Shown: one piece after another, positions 1-13,508 of the stretch | How the letters are laid out: every line of letters starts with the position of its first letter | Position numbering within the stretch: the stretch's first letter is position 1 | Origin: Gemmatimonadales bacterium | GTDB lineage: Bacteria; Gemmatimonadota; Gemmatimonadetes; Gemmatimonadales; GWC2-71-9 | Length of the DNA: 64,000 bases | Reading direction: 5' to 3' | Assembly: GCA_041615815.1 (NCBI GenBank) | Contig: JBFJCP010000012.1 | Coordinates: forward strand, 1-64,000 | Program-made: the position numbers and the translations under genes | The notes under the pieces: generated by a model | What the model saw: the letters and a program-made list of their open reading frames with translations, nothing else | Told to the model about the DNA's origin: nothing | Database searches by the model: none

Positions 1-33
1 CGCCGCCCCCGTTCGCTTTCTCGTGGAAACGTC

Positions 34-744
34 CTATCCCGGCAGCTCCCCCAGCAACCGGGGCACGTCCCGAATGCTCTCCGCGCGGAGAAACTCGTAT
101 CGCGCCGCCACATCCGGCGGCACCTGCTCGTGCTCCCATGACGTGTCGGACGGTACATGAATGGCGTTGCCACCCACCTCGATCACGGGTAGCACGTCGG
201 ACCGGAGCGAGTCCCCCACCATCACGAACCGTCGAGGACTGACGCCCACCCGAGTCGTGATGTCCTCGTACGTCGCGCGATCCTTCGAGCTCACCACCTC
301 GACATGATCGAAGTAGTCTCCCAGACCCGACCGGGCGATCTTCGACTCCTGATCGAACAGGTCGCCCTTGGTGACGATCATGAGTCGGAACGAGCCCGCC
401 AGCCGAGCCACCGTCTCCTCGACACCATCCATCAGATGGATCGGCATCGCAAGCATATCCTTGGCTAGTTCCAGGAGCTGCTGGATCTCCTGACCACGAA
501 TCCGTCCCTCGGTGAGCTGGACCGCCGTTTCGATCATCGACAACGTGAAACTCTTGATGCCGTATCCATAGTGCTGGAGATTCCGCATCTCGGTATCGTA
601 GAGTCGGCTTTCGATCCAATCAGGAGAGTGATAAGGAGCCAGAAGCGCCGCAAAGCGCTCCTTCGCCTCGACGAAGACCCGCTCGGTGTGCCAGAGCGTG
701 TCGTCAGCGTCGAACGCGACTACTTGAACAGCATCTGGTGGCAT
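34..744 (-). CDS. HAD-superfamily hydrolase
   Basis: Motif I FDADDTLW, motif II TKGD, motif IV MVGDSLRSD. Confidence 0.9.
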   Translation of the reverse strand: MPPDAVQVVAFDADDTLWHTERVFVEAKERFAALLAPYHSPDWIESRLYDTEMRNLQHYGYGIKSFTLSMIETAVQLTEGRIRGQEIQQLLELAKDMLAMPIHLMDGVEETVARLAGSFRLMIVTKGDLFDQESKIARSGLGDYFDHVEVVSSKDRATYEDITTRVGVSPRRFVMVGDSLRSDVLPVIEVGGNAIHVPSDTSWEHEQVPPDVAARYEFLRAESIRDVPRLLGELPG

Positions 745-825
745 GGATGGAGAGTCACCGGCGTCCCGACCGGTGGCGGGGACACGCCCGAGCCAGGTCC
801 GGGGCGCGCGCAGGGCGTGCGATCC

Positions 826-1203
826 TCAGTCGACCGTGAAGCTGACGCCGCAGCCGCAACCGCCGGTGGAATTGGGGTTTTGGAAAACGAACCGAGATTC
901 CTGGAACGAAGAAACCCAATCGACACTCATCCCATTGACATAGGGCGCGCTGAAGTCGCTCACGAACACCCGAGCACCGTTACACACATGCACCGTCTCA
1001 TCCCCGGCCGGGGCGTCAACCACCTTCACATCGTAGTTGAGGCCGGAGCACCCTCCCTCGACGACCCCCACACGCAGCCCCGCCACGGCTCGGTCGTAAC
1101 CCAGTCCAGCGGCGATCTCGGCTACCCGCTTGACCGCCGATTCGGTGAGACTCAGCGTAAACTCTCGATTCGCTGTGGGGATGCGTGATCCTTCGCTCAT
1201 CAC
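826..1203 (-). CDS. A-type Fe-S cluster carrier (HesB/IscA/SufA/ErpA family)
   Basis: GGCSGLNY and C-terminal [23 protein letters not shown] upstream; start GTG 1203 or ATG 1200. Confidence 0.93.
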   Translation of the reverse strand: MMSEGSRIPTANREFTLSLTESAVKRVAEIAAGLGYDRAVAGLRVGVVEGGCSGLNYDVKVVDAPAGDETVHVCNGARVFVSDFSAPYVNGMSVDWVSSFQESRFVFQNPNSTGGCGCGVSFTVD

Positions 1204-1488
1204 TCACTCCTGTTCGTCACCCCGACGGCCCGGCAACCCAACCCACGACTACCCATACAAGTTACTCGCACGCGGTACGGTTCCTCAACCGACCGAGCAC
1301 GACTCCAATGCAATAATCGGTCCCCCGGCGGAGAAGCGGAGATCCGGCACCGGACCTCCCCGCTGGTGGCCGGGAGGAGCGAAGGCGGGGATGGGCTCCC
1401 CGCTCGACCCCTGACTGCTCAGTTGCTTTTCCGCGGTGCAAGGCGTACGCTGCGAGACACCCTTTGCGCTATCACCCGGCCAGCCCTC

Positions 1489-5109
<3,621 letters not shown>

Positions 5110-5231
5110 AGCGTCGCCGCGCCGTACCCCTCGCCAGTGGGAGTCTCGCCGAAGAGACGGACAGCACCCATCTCCCTAGCGGCGCGGCTGGCACGGTATA
5201 GCTTAAGCGGCATCCAGTTTCTGGCTCACGC

Positions 5232-6494
5232 ATGCCCAAGCAACGTCGCGATCTGACCACCAGCGAAGTGCAGGAACTCCGCCAACGCGTCACCGAGCTT
5301 CAGCGCGCCCTTCACGACCACGATCAGGAGCTCGAGACACTCCGCGCAAGCGAACGCCTCCATCGTTCCGTGTTGGATACCGCCGGCTCCATCATTCTTT
5401 GCCTCGACGCGGACTACCGGATCGTCGAGTGGAACCGGGCCGCTGAGCGCCTCTATGGCCGGCACCGCGCGGAGGTCATGGGTGAGAACTACCTCCAGTT
5501 GTTCCTGCCAGAGTCCGTTCGGGCCTCGGTCGCTGCCGACATCCAGAAGGTCCTCCACGGCGCACCCACCGAAGGCTTCGAGAATCCCGTCCGCACCGCG
5601 GACGGCACGGAGCGGTTGCTGCTGTGGAACGTGAGTCCGTTGGTCGGAGTCGACGGCGTGGCTCGGGGTATCGTGGCCGTTGGCCAAGACATCACCGAAC
5701 GGGCGCGTGCGGAGGACGCCCGACGACGCCTCGAACACTGGTTACAGCAAGCAGAGAAGTTAGAGAGTCTCGAGGCCCTAGCAGGGGGGATTGCCGCGGA
5801 GTTCAACCACCTGCTCACGCGAATCCTTCGCAGCGCGGCTCGGTGCCGCGTGGTCCAAGATGGGCACGGCACCGAACAAGAGATCGTGCGTGAAGTGGAG
5901 CGTGCGGCACGGGACGCGATCAACATCGCCAATCAAATGGCTACCTACGCTGGACGACGCTCATTCGAGCTGTACGCGCTATTTCTCAATCGTCACATCG
6001 AAGAAACCACGGACGTTGTGCAAGCCCTGCTGCGTGACAATATCACGCTCAGCTACGAGCTGGCGCCGGGCCTTCCACCGCTGATGGCCCATTCCGGCCA
6101 TCTCCAGCAAATGTTGATCAACCTCGTCGCCAACGCAGCCGACGCCCTCGAAACCAAAGCCGGACAGATCACCATCGCCACGGGGCTTCTCGATGCAGAC
6201 GCGCGTCTCTTGCGTGAGACCTACCTCGGTGATCAGCTATCCGAGGGGGAGTACGTCTACCTCGAGGTCACAGACGACGGGGTGGGAATGCATCCGGACG
6301 TGCGTGCGAAGATGTTCGATCCGTTCTTCTCGACCAACGTGCCGAAGCGAGGCCTCGGCCTCGCCGCCGTGCTCGGGATCGTGCGTGGACATGGGGGCGG
6401 CATCCACGTTACGTCGGCGCCCGGCAAAGGCACACGTATTCGTGTCTTGTTCCCCATTCCACCGAACGTACCCTTCGACCATCTCTCGAACTAG
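5232..6494 (+). CDS. PAS-domain histidine-kinase-like protein with degenerate H-box
   Basis: PAS (WNRAAERLYG ... GQDITE), N box NLVANAADA, G1 DDGVGM, F box FDPFFST, G2 GLGL; H-box reads IAAEFNH. Confidence 0.85.
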   Translation: MPKQRRDLTTSEVQELRQRVTELQRALHDHDQELETLRASERLHRSVLDTAGSIILCLDADYRIVEWNRAAERLYGRHRAEVMGENYLQLFLPESVRASVAADIQKVLHGAPTEGFENPVRTADGTERLLLWNVSPLVGVDGVARGIVAVGQDITERARAEDARRRLEHWLQQAEKLESLEALAGGIAAEFNHLLTRILRSAARCRVVQDGHGTEQEIVREVERAARDAINIANQMATYAGRRSFELYALFLNRHIEETTDVVQALLRDNITLSYELAPGLPPLMAHSGHLQQMLINLVANAADALETKAGQITIATGLLDADARLLRETYLGDQLSEGEYVYLEVTDDGVGMHPDVRAKMFDPFFSTNVPKRGLGLAAVLGIVRGHGGGIHVTSAPGKGTRIRVLFPIPPNVPFDHLSN

Positions 6495-6515
6495 CGCCGC
6501 TCTCGGGTCCGTTCC

Positions 6516-8099
6516 CTATCGCAGCTCACCCACCTCGACAGGGACCGTCCCCGTCACCGGTGCGACCCGCGCGGCGATCTCCTGAATCACGAGGGACCGG
6601 CCACCAGCACCATTCACTCGCACGGAACTGTTACTGAAGAGGGGATAGTACCCAATCACCGCATCTTGGATGCCCGGAGGCAAGCGACAGGCACAATCCT
6701 GTTCCGCCACGAGTCCGGCATTGACCGTGATCGACACCGCCATATCCGAACCGTTACTGACGAGCGGGGCAAAGAACGCGCGACCGCCGGCCCGGTGCGT
6801 TGCGACACGCCGCACCGTTCCACGAGATCGTTCCACGACGAATGCTCCCTGCAACTCGACCCCCATGGGAACGCCCCCCGGGGTCTCGGGACGAAGGGCT
6901 GACCATGGCGCCGTCACGGCCTGTCGGCGGGGGATTCGGATTCGGAGCTCCGATCCTGGAGGTATCGAGTGTTCGGTCTGGCCAATGGTGATGCGAATGG
7001 GGACCACGAGCGCGTTCTCGACGAGCAGCGTCGAGGGACGCAGCAGAAGAAACCCGGCCGCGCCGGCTCCAAAGAGGACAACCGCGGCAACGGCCAGTGA
7101 CCGTCTCCACGCTCCGGAGCGCGTGGGTTGATGCTCTGGCTGCGGTCGATCCGCCGCCGAAGGGGTTGCAATGGGTGTCGTTGCTTGCACCTCGAGGCGG
7201 CGGGCCACGTCGGCGGCACTCACGGCCTGCGCCATGCCCGAATCCGGGCCGGAGACGAGCGCGTCCATGACCGCCGCCGCCGATTCGTATCGATCCGAGG
7301 GACGCTTGGCCAGACAGCGTACAATGACGTCTGACAACCAACGCGGGAGTTCGGCGTTCCGGGCTACCGGGACCGGTGGCGGCTCGGACAGGTGTTTTGC
7401 GACGATTTCCTGAGACGTGTCACCCTCGAACGGCGGTGTCCCCGTGACCATCTGAAAGAGCATCGCGCCCAGCGAATACAGGTCTGAACGCGCATCCAGA
7501 TCCGCCTGTCCCAAGGCCTGTTCCGGGCTCATGTAATGCGGGGTGCCGACCACAAAGCCCGTCTGTGTCAGCCCGCCCTCGGCGTCGACGCGTTTGACGA
7601 TCCCAAAATCCATCAGCAGCACGCGACCGGTCTGCTCGTCGAGCATAACGTTGTCGGGCTTGATGTCGCGGTGGAGGAATCCGTGCCGATGCGCGTGTTC
7701 CAACGCCTCGAGGACGGGGCGGATGATGCCCAACGCACGGTCGGGCTGGAGGGCACCCTGCGAACGGATGACGTCACCGAGCGTGCGCCCCTCGACGTAC
7801 GGCATCACGTAGTAGAGCAGCCCCTCCGCTTCGCCAACGAAATGAATGGGTAGAATGTTCTGGTGCGTGAGCTTCGCCACGGCGCGCGCTTCCTCGCGGA
7901 ACCGCGCCAGCATCCCGGCACTCCAGGCAACGTCCGGCCGCAAGACTTTGACCGCAAGCCGCCGGTCCAAGGTGCGGTCCCAGACTTCGTACACCTCGGC
8001 GAATCCGCCGCGACCCAGCAGGCGACGTACCTCGTACTGCGGCCCGAGCGCGGTGGTGAGGCGTGCCGGAATGTCGCTCGACGACGAGTCGTTTGTGAT
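6516..8099 (-). CDS. Hanks-type Ser/Thr protein kinase with one TM helix and C-terminal extracytoplasmic domain (start uncertain)
   Basis: GRGGFAEV, AVK, HRDIKPDN, DFG, GTPHYMSPEQ; hydrophobic segment SLAVAAVVLFGAGAAGFLLL. Confidence 0.9.
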   Translation of the reverse strand: MTNDSSSSDIPARLTTALGPQYEVRRLLGRGGFAEVYEVWDRTLDRRLAVKVLRPDVAWSAGMLARFREEARAVAKLTHQNILPIHFVGEAEGLLYYVMPYVEGRTLGDVIRSQGALQPDRALGIIRPVLEALEHAHRHGFLHRDIKPDNVMLDEQTGRVLLMDFGIVKRVDAEGGLTQTGFVVGTPHYMSPEQALGQADLDARSDLYSLGAMLFQMVTGTPPFEGDTSQEIVAKHLSEPPPVPVARNAELPRWLSDVIVRCLAKRPSDRYESAAAVMDALVSGPDSGMAQAVSAADVARRLEVQATTPIATPSAADRPQPEHQPTRSGAWRRSLAVAAVVLFGAGAAGFLLLRPSTLLVENALVVPIRITIGQTEHSIPPGSELRIRIPRRQAVTAPWSALRPETPGGVPMGVELQGAFVVERSRGTVRRVATHRAGGRAFFAPLVSNGSDMAVSITVNAGLVAEQDCACRLPPGIQDAVIGYYPLFSNSSVRVNGAGGRSLVIQEIAARVAPVTGTVPVEVGELR

Positions 8100-8154
8100 G
8101 GCGGACGCTCCCGGTTGACGGACGGAGCAGGCCACTGAATATACCATCGGACCC

Positions 8155-8649
8155 ATGACGATCCGACGAGTTGCCCTGACCACTTCCGTGTTGTGCGCGC
8201 TCACCGCCCTCGGGTGTCGGGACGAGCCCTCGCCGACACTCGAGATGGCCGGCATCACGATTACGGACGCTTACGCACCCGCTCAGCCGACCCGAGACGT
8301 GGGGGCGCTCTATTTCACCATCACGAACGCGAACACGGAAAGCGATACGTTGAAAAGGGTCACCACCGACGTCGCCGCCCGCGCCGAGATCCACCGCCTG
8401 GCCATGGTCGAGCGGCGGATTCAAATGACGCCGGTGGGCCGGATCGTGCTCCACCCCGGCGGTACCGTACGGCTCAAACCCGGTTCCAGCCACGTCATGC
8501 TCTTCGGCCTCGGTCGGCAGCTCACGGAGGGCGATTCGGTCCATGTGACGGCCGTGTTTTCGGGGGCGGGACCGGTCCGGTTTCCAGCCCTCGTCCTGCC
8601 CTACGCCGAGGTGGCGAGACGGCTCCAGGATCCCGACCCGTCGCGATGA
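8155..8649 (+). CDS. Copper chaperone PCu(A)C, probable lipoprotein
   Basis: H...M...HxM pattern (EIH ... QM ... SHVML), GALYFTITN, lipobox-like ALGC. Confidence 0.88.
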   Translation: MTIRRVALTTSVLCALTALGCRDEPSPTLEMAGITITDAYAPAQPTRDVGALYFTITNANTESDTLKRVTTDVAARAEIHRLAMVERRIQMTPVGRIVLHPGGTVRLKPGSSHVMLFGLGRQLTEGDSVHVTAVFSGAGPVRFPALVLPYAEVARRLQDPDPSR

Positions 8650-8712
8650 GCGGCTCGAAACTCTACCGCGCCGCGCCGCGTACGGTGGGGTAACCATGAG
8701 AAGGAGTAGGCC

Positions 8713-9051
8713 ATGTCGACGCATGTGACCCAACGCGGCAGCATCCCCGCAGCGATGGGCTGGATGGTGGGACTTTCCATGTTGCTGTTCTGGGCGCCCC
8801 TGGTCGGTGGCTTGATCGCCGGTTTCGTGGGTGGCCGCAAGGCTGGCACTGCGGGACGTGGGATCGCCGCCGCCCTGCTCCCCGGGTTTCTCTTGTTCGT
8901 CGTCACGTTCTTCTTTGGCGGAATCCTCGGCGCCATCCCGATCCTCGGTCAGCTCTTCGGCTTGGTCGCGGGCCTCGGGGCGGTGGCGTTATCCACCATG
9001 CATGTGATCCCATTGTTGCTTGGTGCGGTGATCGGTGGAGCGACCGCGTAG
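8713..9051 (+). CDS. Small glycine-rich membrane protein, unknown function
   Basis: AAGGAG RBS; several hydrophobic helices with GxxxG (GGLIAGFVGG). Confidence 0.75.
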   Translation: MSTHVTQRGSIPAAMGWMVGLSMLLFWAPLVGGLIAGFVGGRKAGTAGRGIAAALLPGFLLFVVTFFFGGILGAIPILGQLFGLVAGLGAVALSTMHVIPLLLGAVIGGATA

Positions 9052-9053
9052 GG

Positions 9054-10037
9054 TCATTCGCCTTGGTCGTTGAGGATGATGCGAAGTTCCGCGGAGTCGA
9101 TGTTTCCGCCGGAAATGACGACCACCACATGCGCCGGTACGCGGATCTTTCCCGCGAGGACCGCCGCGAGCGCCGCGGCGCCGGACGCCTCGGCCAGCAG
9201 CTGATCGCAGTCGATGAGCGTGGCAATGGCCGCCTTGAGCTCTTGCTCGCTCACCAAGACAATGTCGTCGACGAGTTCCTGCAGAATCGGGAACGGCACT
9301 CGCCCGAACCCGCCGGCAAGCCCATCCGCCAGAGTCGGCTCATGATCAAAGGGATCGAGCGCGCGCCCCTGCTGGAGCGAGAGCAGTGCTGAGGGGGACG
9401 CAACCGGGTTCACGCCAACGATCCTGGCATCCGGGTAGGTCTCGGCGACCGCCACGGCAATACCGCCGATTAGCGCCCCACCCCCCACGGGGACCACCAC
9501 GGCCTCGACTTCCCGGGTCTGCTCCACAATCTCCAGACCACACGTCCCCTGGCCAGCGATCACGGCTGGATCGTCGTACGCTGAGACAAAAACGGCACCC
9601 GTATCATGGGCGTGCGCGAGCGCCGCTTGCTGTGCATCCTCGAAAGTGTCTCCCACCAGATGCACCCGCACGCGGTAGGCCTCCAACTTGCTGAGCTTCG
9701 CCCGCGCCGCATTTCGCTGAACGAAGATATCCACGTTGTCCACACCGATGGCCTGACAAGCGAAGGCCACACCGAGCGCGTGATTCCCGGCTGATGCCGC
9801 CACGATCCCGCCGGCGCGCTCGTCCTCATCGAGCAGCATGAGCTTGTTGAGGGCGCCCCGCGGCTTGAAGCTCCCTGTTCGTTGCCGATTCTCCTGCTTG
9901 AGCCACACCGCGCTTCCCACTCGACGGGAGAGCGCGAGCGAATGGGTGAGCGGTGTGCGACGAATGTGCGGCCCAATCCGCACCGCAGCAGCGCGGATAT
10001 CGGCAATGGTAACAGGGAGCGAGGTCACAGTTCCCAT
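9054..10037 (-). CDS. PLP-dependent threonine/serine dehydratase family (no ACT domain)
   Basis: QRTGSFKPRG (PLP Lys), SAGNHA, VPVGGGAL, ISGGN. Confidence 0.9.
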   Translation of the reverse strand: MGTVTSLPVTIADIRAAAVRIGPHIRRTPLTHSLALSRRVGSAVWLKQENRQRTGSFKPRGALNKLMLLDEDERAGGIVAASAGNHALGVAFACQAIGVDNVDIFVQRNAARAKLSKLEAYRVRVHLVGDTFEDAQQAALAHAHDTGAVFVSAYDDPAVIAGQGTCGLEIVEQTREVEAVVVPVGGGALIGGIAVAVAETYPDARIVGVNPVASPSALLSLQQGRALDPFDHEPTLADGLAGGFGRVPFPILQELVDDIVLVSEQELKAAIATLIDCDQLLAEASGAAALAAVLAGKIRVPAHVVVVISGGNIDSAELRIILNDQGE

Positions 10038-10083
10038 CCGCTTCCATATGCCCGGTCTCTCATTACCATGCTGCCCCTCACCA

Positions 10084-10377
10084 TCACACCGGAGTCGACG
10101 GCTCTTCGTCTTTGGATGGAATCTGCTGTCCGCGAGTCAGCATTCTCTCGGCGAACTCGACGCGTTCGTAGAGCTCGGCAAACTCCCCGCGGATCATGCG
10201 CGATTCCTCATGCAGCGACTCGACAGCCTCCCGCAGCCGCTCGACCTCTTGCTTCGGCACGGCCCGCTCGCGCTCCGTCTTGGCCCGGAGCCACATCTTC
10301 ATGCCCAGCAGCGTGAATGTCCCCAGACCCAGCATGGCCAGCAGGGCGGCGATGGCTTCGAAAACCTCTATCGGCAT
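10084..10377 (-). CDS. Small membrane-anchored coiled-coil hypothetical protein (97 aa)
   Basis: GGAGAGG RBS, N-terminal TM, heptad region ending ELYERVEFAERML. Confidence 0.7.
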   Translation of the reverse strand: MPIEVFEAIAALLAMLGLGTFTLLGMKMWLRAKTERERAVPKQEVERLREAVESLHEESRMIRGEFAELYERVEFAERMLTRGQQIPSKDEEPSTPV

Positions 10378-10512
10378 GGCATGCCTCTCCTCGACGACGA
10401 GATGACCTCGACCAAGATAAGGGGGGCTCGACAGACCGGCGAGCCGCCGCTCGCTTTCGGTGCACGGGCACTTGTGTGTATGTATACGGCCCCACCAGAT
10501 CGAGGACCGCAT

Positions 10513-11568
10513 ATGCGTCTCAGCTATCTGGGCATGGGAAGCGCCTGTCTCATCCTGATGCCCGTGACCATCGCTTGCGCACAGGAGACCACCATGCCTA
10601 CGGGGTTGACCGCCGTTCCCGGTGTCAGCGTCGGGCACCACACGCTCAGCGAGCGCCCCACCGGGTGCACCGTGGTGCTGGTCCCGGCCGGGGCCACCGG
10701 AGGTGTCGACGTTCGTGGAGGAGCCCCCGGGACGCGAGAAACCGACCTCCTCGATCCCGTGAACACGGTCGAGCACGTCTATGGAGTAGTGCTGTCTGGA
10801 GGAAGCGCCTTCGGCCTCGATGCGGCGTCAGGAGTCGTGCGCTACCTGGATGAGCGCGATATCGGGTATGCCGTGGGGTCGGTGCGCGTCCCCATCGTCG
10901 TGGGCGCCATCCTGTTCGATCTGCGGGTGGGGGGCGACCCCCGGATCCGTCCTGGTGCGGACTGCGGCTACGAGGCGGCCCGGACCGCCTCCACCGGCGC
11001 GATCGCGGAAGGCAACGTGGGCGCCGGGGCCGGGGCCACTGTCGGGAAGCTGGCCGGTCTCGAGCGAGCGATGAAGGGCGGACTCGGCACCGCCGCGATT
11101 ACCCTCCCCAACGGGCTCGTCGTGGCCGCACTCGTGGCCGTGAATGGCGTCGGCGACATCATCGATCCCTCGACTGGGCGGGTCGTTGCAGGGGCGCGGA
11201 CGCCGGACGGGAAAGGACTCGCGGATGCCCGACGCCTGCTCCGGACAGCCGCGGCCGCGCGCGGCAGATCCGGGGAAAACACCACCCTCGGCGTGGTGGT
11301 GACGAACGCCACCCTCACCAAGGCGCAGGCGACCAAAGTGGCGCAGATGGCGCACGACGGACTCGCGCGAACCATCGCCCCGTCGCACACTCCCTGGGAC
11401 GGCGACACGATTTTCTCCCTTGCGACGGGATCGTACGCTGGCGACGCCGACACGGCTGTCATCGGCGCGCTCGCGGCGGAAGCGGTGGCCGACGCCGTGC
11501 TCCGGGGGATCCGGGCCGCCCAGAGCCTGCCTGGAATCCCTGCGGCTCGCGACTTCCCCACGCAGTGA
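10513..11568 (+). CDS. Peptidase family S58 (DmpA/P1 family), exported
   Basis: GVDVRGGAPGTRETDLL, LSGGSAFGL, autocleavage-type ENTT, HTPWDGD; N-terminal signal-like segment. Confidence 0.9.
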   Translation: MRLSYLGMGSACLILMPVTIACAQETTMPTGLTAVPGVSVGHHTLSERPTGCTVVLVPAGATGGVDVRGGAPGTRETDLLDPVNTVEHVYGVVLSGGSAFGLDAASGVVRYLDERDIGYAVGSVRVPIVVGAILFDLRVGGDPRIRPGADCGYEAARTASTGAIAEGNVGAGAGATVGKLAGLERAMKGGLGTAAITLPNGLVVAALVAVNGVGDIIDPSTGRVVAGARTPDGKGLADARRLLRTAAAARGRSGENTTLGVVVTNATLTKAQATKVAQMAHDGLARTIAPSHTPWDGDTIFSLATGSYAGDADTAVIGALAAEAVADAVLRGIRAAQSLPGIPAARDFPTQ

Positions 11569-12977
11569 ATTTCCCGCTCATCCTCCTCATCGCCTACTCG
11601 GTGGGCTTGGTGCTGCTCGGCACGATCATCGGCCGGACGGTCACGAGTAGCGGAACGTTCTTCGTTGCCGGACGTCGCCTCCGCGCGCCGCTCATCTTTG
11701 CCACCATCCTCGCCGCCAACATCGGGGCGGGTTCCACCGTCGGTGCCGCCGGAATCGGGTACGCGTTCGGTATCGGTGCATGGTGGTGGGTGGGCTCTGC
11801 GGGCATCGGCACCATCATACTCGCCATCTGGATTGGACCCAAAGTCTGGCGCATCGCCCGCGATCACGATCTCCTCACGTTGGGCGACTACCTGGAGCTC
11901 CGCTACAACGGGACCGTGCGCGCCGTCGTGGCGACGCTGCTGTGGTTTGCCACGCTCACGATTCTCGCCGGTCAGCTCATCGCCCTCGCCTGGGTGCTGA
12001 ACGTCGTCGCCGGTGTGCCCAAGCTCGCAGGGTGCTTGATTGGCGGCGGGGTCATGACGATGTACTTCGCGGCAGGCGGATTGCTCACGTCCGCCTGGGT
12101 GAATCTCGTTCAACTCGTCGTCTTGCTCGTTGGCTTCGGTGTGGCACTACCGTGGGCCCTGGCGGGCATCGGCGGCTGGGACGCGATCGGTGCCACCGGT
12201 TCTGCGGTGAACGCTGACTATCTGGACTTCTGGGGCGCCGCCCACCCCTGGTGGACGTACGTGGCCCTCCTCGCTCCCGCCTTCGTCGTTTCACCGGGAC
12301 TCCTGCAGAAGGTGTACGGCGCTCGAGACGAGCGTGCCGTGCGAATAGGGGTCGGCATGAGCGCTGTCGCGCTCATGGTGTTTGCGGCACTCCCGCCACT
12401 CTTTGGCATGATCGCCCGGGTATCCCATCCAACGCTCGCCAACCCTGAGCTCGCTCTACCCACGATTCTGCTCCATGGCCTACCCGTGGCCCTGGGGAGC
12501 ATTGGGTTGGCCGCCGTGTTCTCCGCGGAAGTGAGCTCGGCCGACGCCATTCTCTTCATGCTGTCGACCTCGCTGTCGGAGGACCTGTATCGCCGCTTTC
12601 TCCGTCCCGGTGCCACGGATGGCGAAGTGCTGCGAGTGGCACGCCTAGCCGCCGTAGGTGGTGGCAGCGCGGGCGTCGTTCTCGCGATCGCTCTCCCGTC
12701 CGTCATCGGCTCGCTCACCATCTTCTACTCGGTGCTCGGCGTGTGTCTGTTCGTCCCGGTCGTGGCGGGTCTCACGACGCGACGTCCGGGTGCCCCAGAG
12801 GCACTTGGCGCCATCGGAGGTGGATTGACCGTGCTGATCGCCACCCACCTCGGCGGCGTCACGAGCCGGGGACTCTGGAATCCGAACACCCTGGCGCTCG
12901 GCGCCTCGGCACTGCTATTCGTCGCCATCTTGGTGGCCCGCCGCTCGAGGAGTGACGTGCCATCCAGCCGCGCCTAG
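11565..12977 (+). CDS. Sodium:solute symporter (SSS) family
   Basis: FFVAGRRL, ANIGAGSTVG, AAVFSAEVSSAD; many TM helices; GTGA overlap with the peptidase. Confidence 0.9.
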   Translation: MNFPLILLIAYSVGLVLLGTIIGRTVTSSGTFFVAGRRLRAPLIFATILAANIGAGSTVGAAGIGYAFGIGAWWWVGSAGIGTIILAIWIGPKVWRIARDHDLLTLGDYLELRYNGTVRAVVATLLWFATLTILAGQLIALAWVLNVVAGVPKLAGCLIGGGVMTMYFAAGGLLTSAWVNLVQLVVLLVGFGVALPWALAGIGGWDAIGATGSAVNADYLDFWGAAHPWWTYVALLAPAFVVSPGLLQKVYGARDERAVRIGVGMSAVALMVFAALPPLFGMIARVSHPTLANPELALPTILLHGLPVALGSIGLAAVFSAEVSSADAILFMLSTSLSEDLYRRFLRPGATDGEVLRVARLAAVGGGSAGVVLAIALPSVIGSLTIFYSVLGVCLFVPVVAGLTTRRPGAPEALGAIGGGLTVLIATHLGGVTSRGLWNPNTLALGASALLFVAILVARRSRSDVPSSRA

Positions 12978-13028
12978 CGCCGTCGGTTCTTCTTCCGCCT
13001 CTTCCGCCTTGCCTGTCCCACTGCCCTT

Positions 13029-13415
13029 CTATTCGTCGTCCTTGAACTCCGCGAACAGCACGACGGTCCCGCACGGCGCGCGGACACCGATCTCGCGCGC
13101 CCCGTAAAATGTCGTCCGCTCCGGCACGACCACCTCGATGCCCTCGAGCTCGGGTAGGAGTGCCTCCAGATCGTCCACGGTGACGAACAGCGCACCGGAC
13201 TTGTGGAAGGGCCCTTCGGCCAGGGCGGGAATGTCACCCGCCACACTCGCCCGGGTCTGATACATGACCTCGACGTTGCCAGCTTGGACGGCGGCGAAAC
13301 CCAGCCGATCCCCCTCCGGCACCTCGATCGTGCATTCGAAGCCGAGCCGTTCCGTCCAAAAATCCAGACAGGGTTCGATCTCTTCCACGAAGATCACCGG
13401 GGTGAGCTTGAGCAT
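13029..13415 (-). CDS. VOC/glyoxalase family protein
   Basis: LTPVIFV...FWTERLGF, FYGAREIGVRAPCG. Confidence 0.85.
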   Translation of the reverse strand: MLKLTPVIFVEEIEPCLDFWTERLGFECTIEVPEGDRLGFAAVQAGNVEVMYQTRASVAGDIPALAEGPFHKSGALFVTVDDLEALLPELEGIEVVVPERTTFYGAREIGVRAPCGTVVLFAEFKDDE

Positions 13416-13508
13416 GATGGGTCCTCTGGTGGTGATACGGAAAGCGTACGTGGGAAGAAACTGCGAAAACGTGGGATGGAGCACGCTACGCCGATTCGCG
13501 GGTGACGC

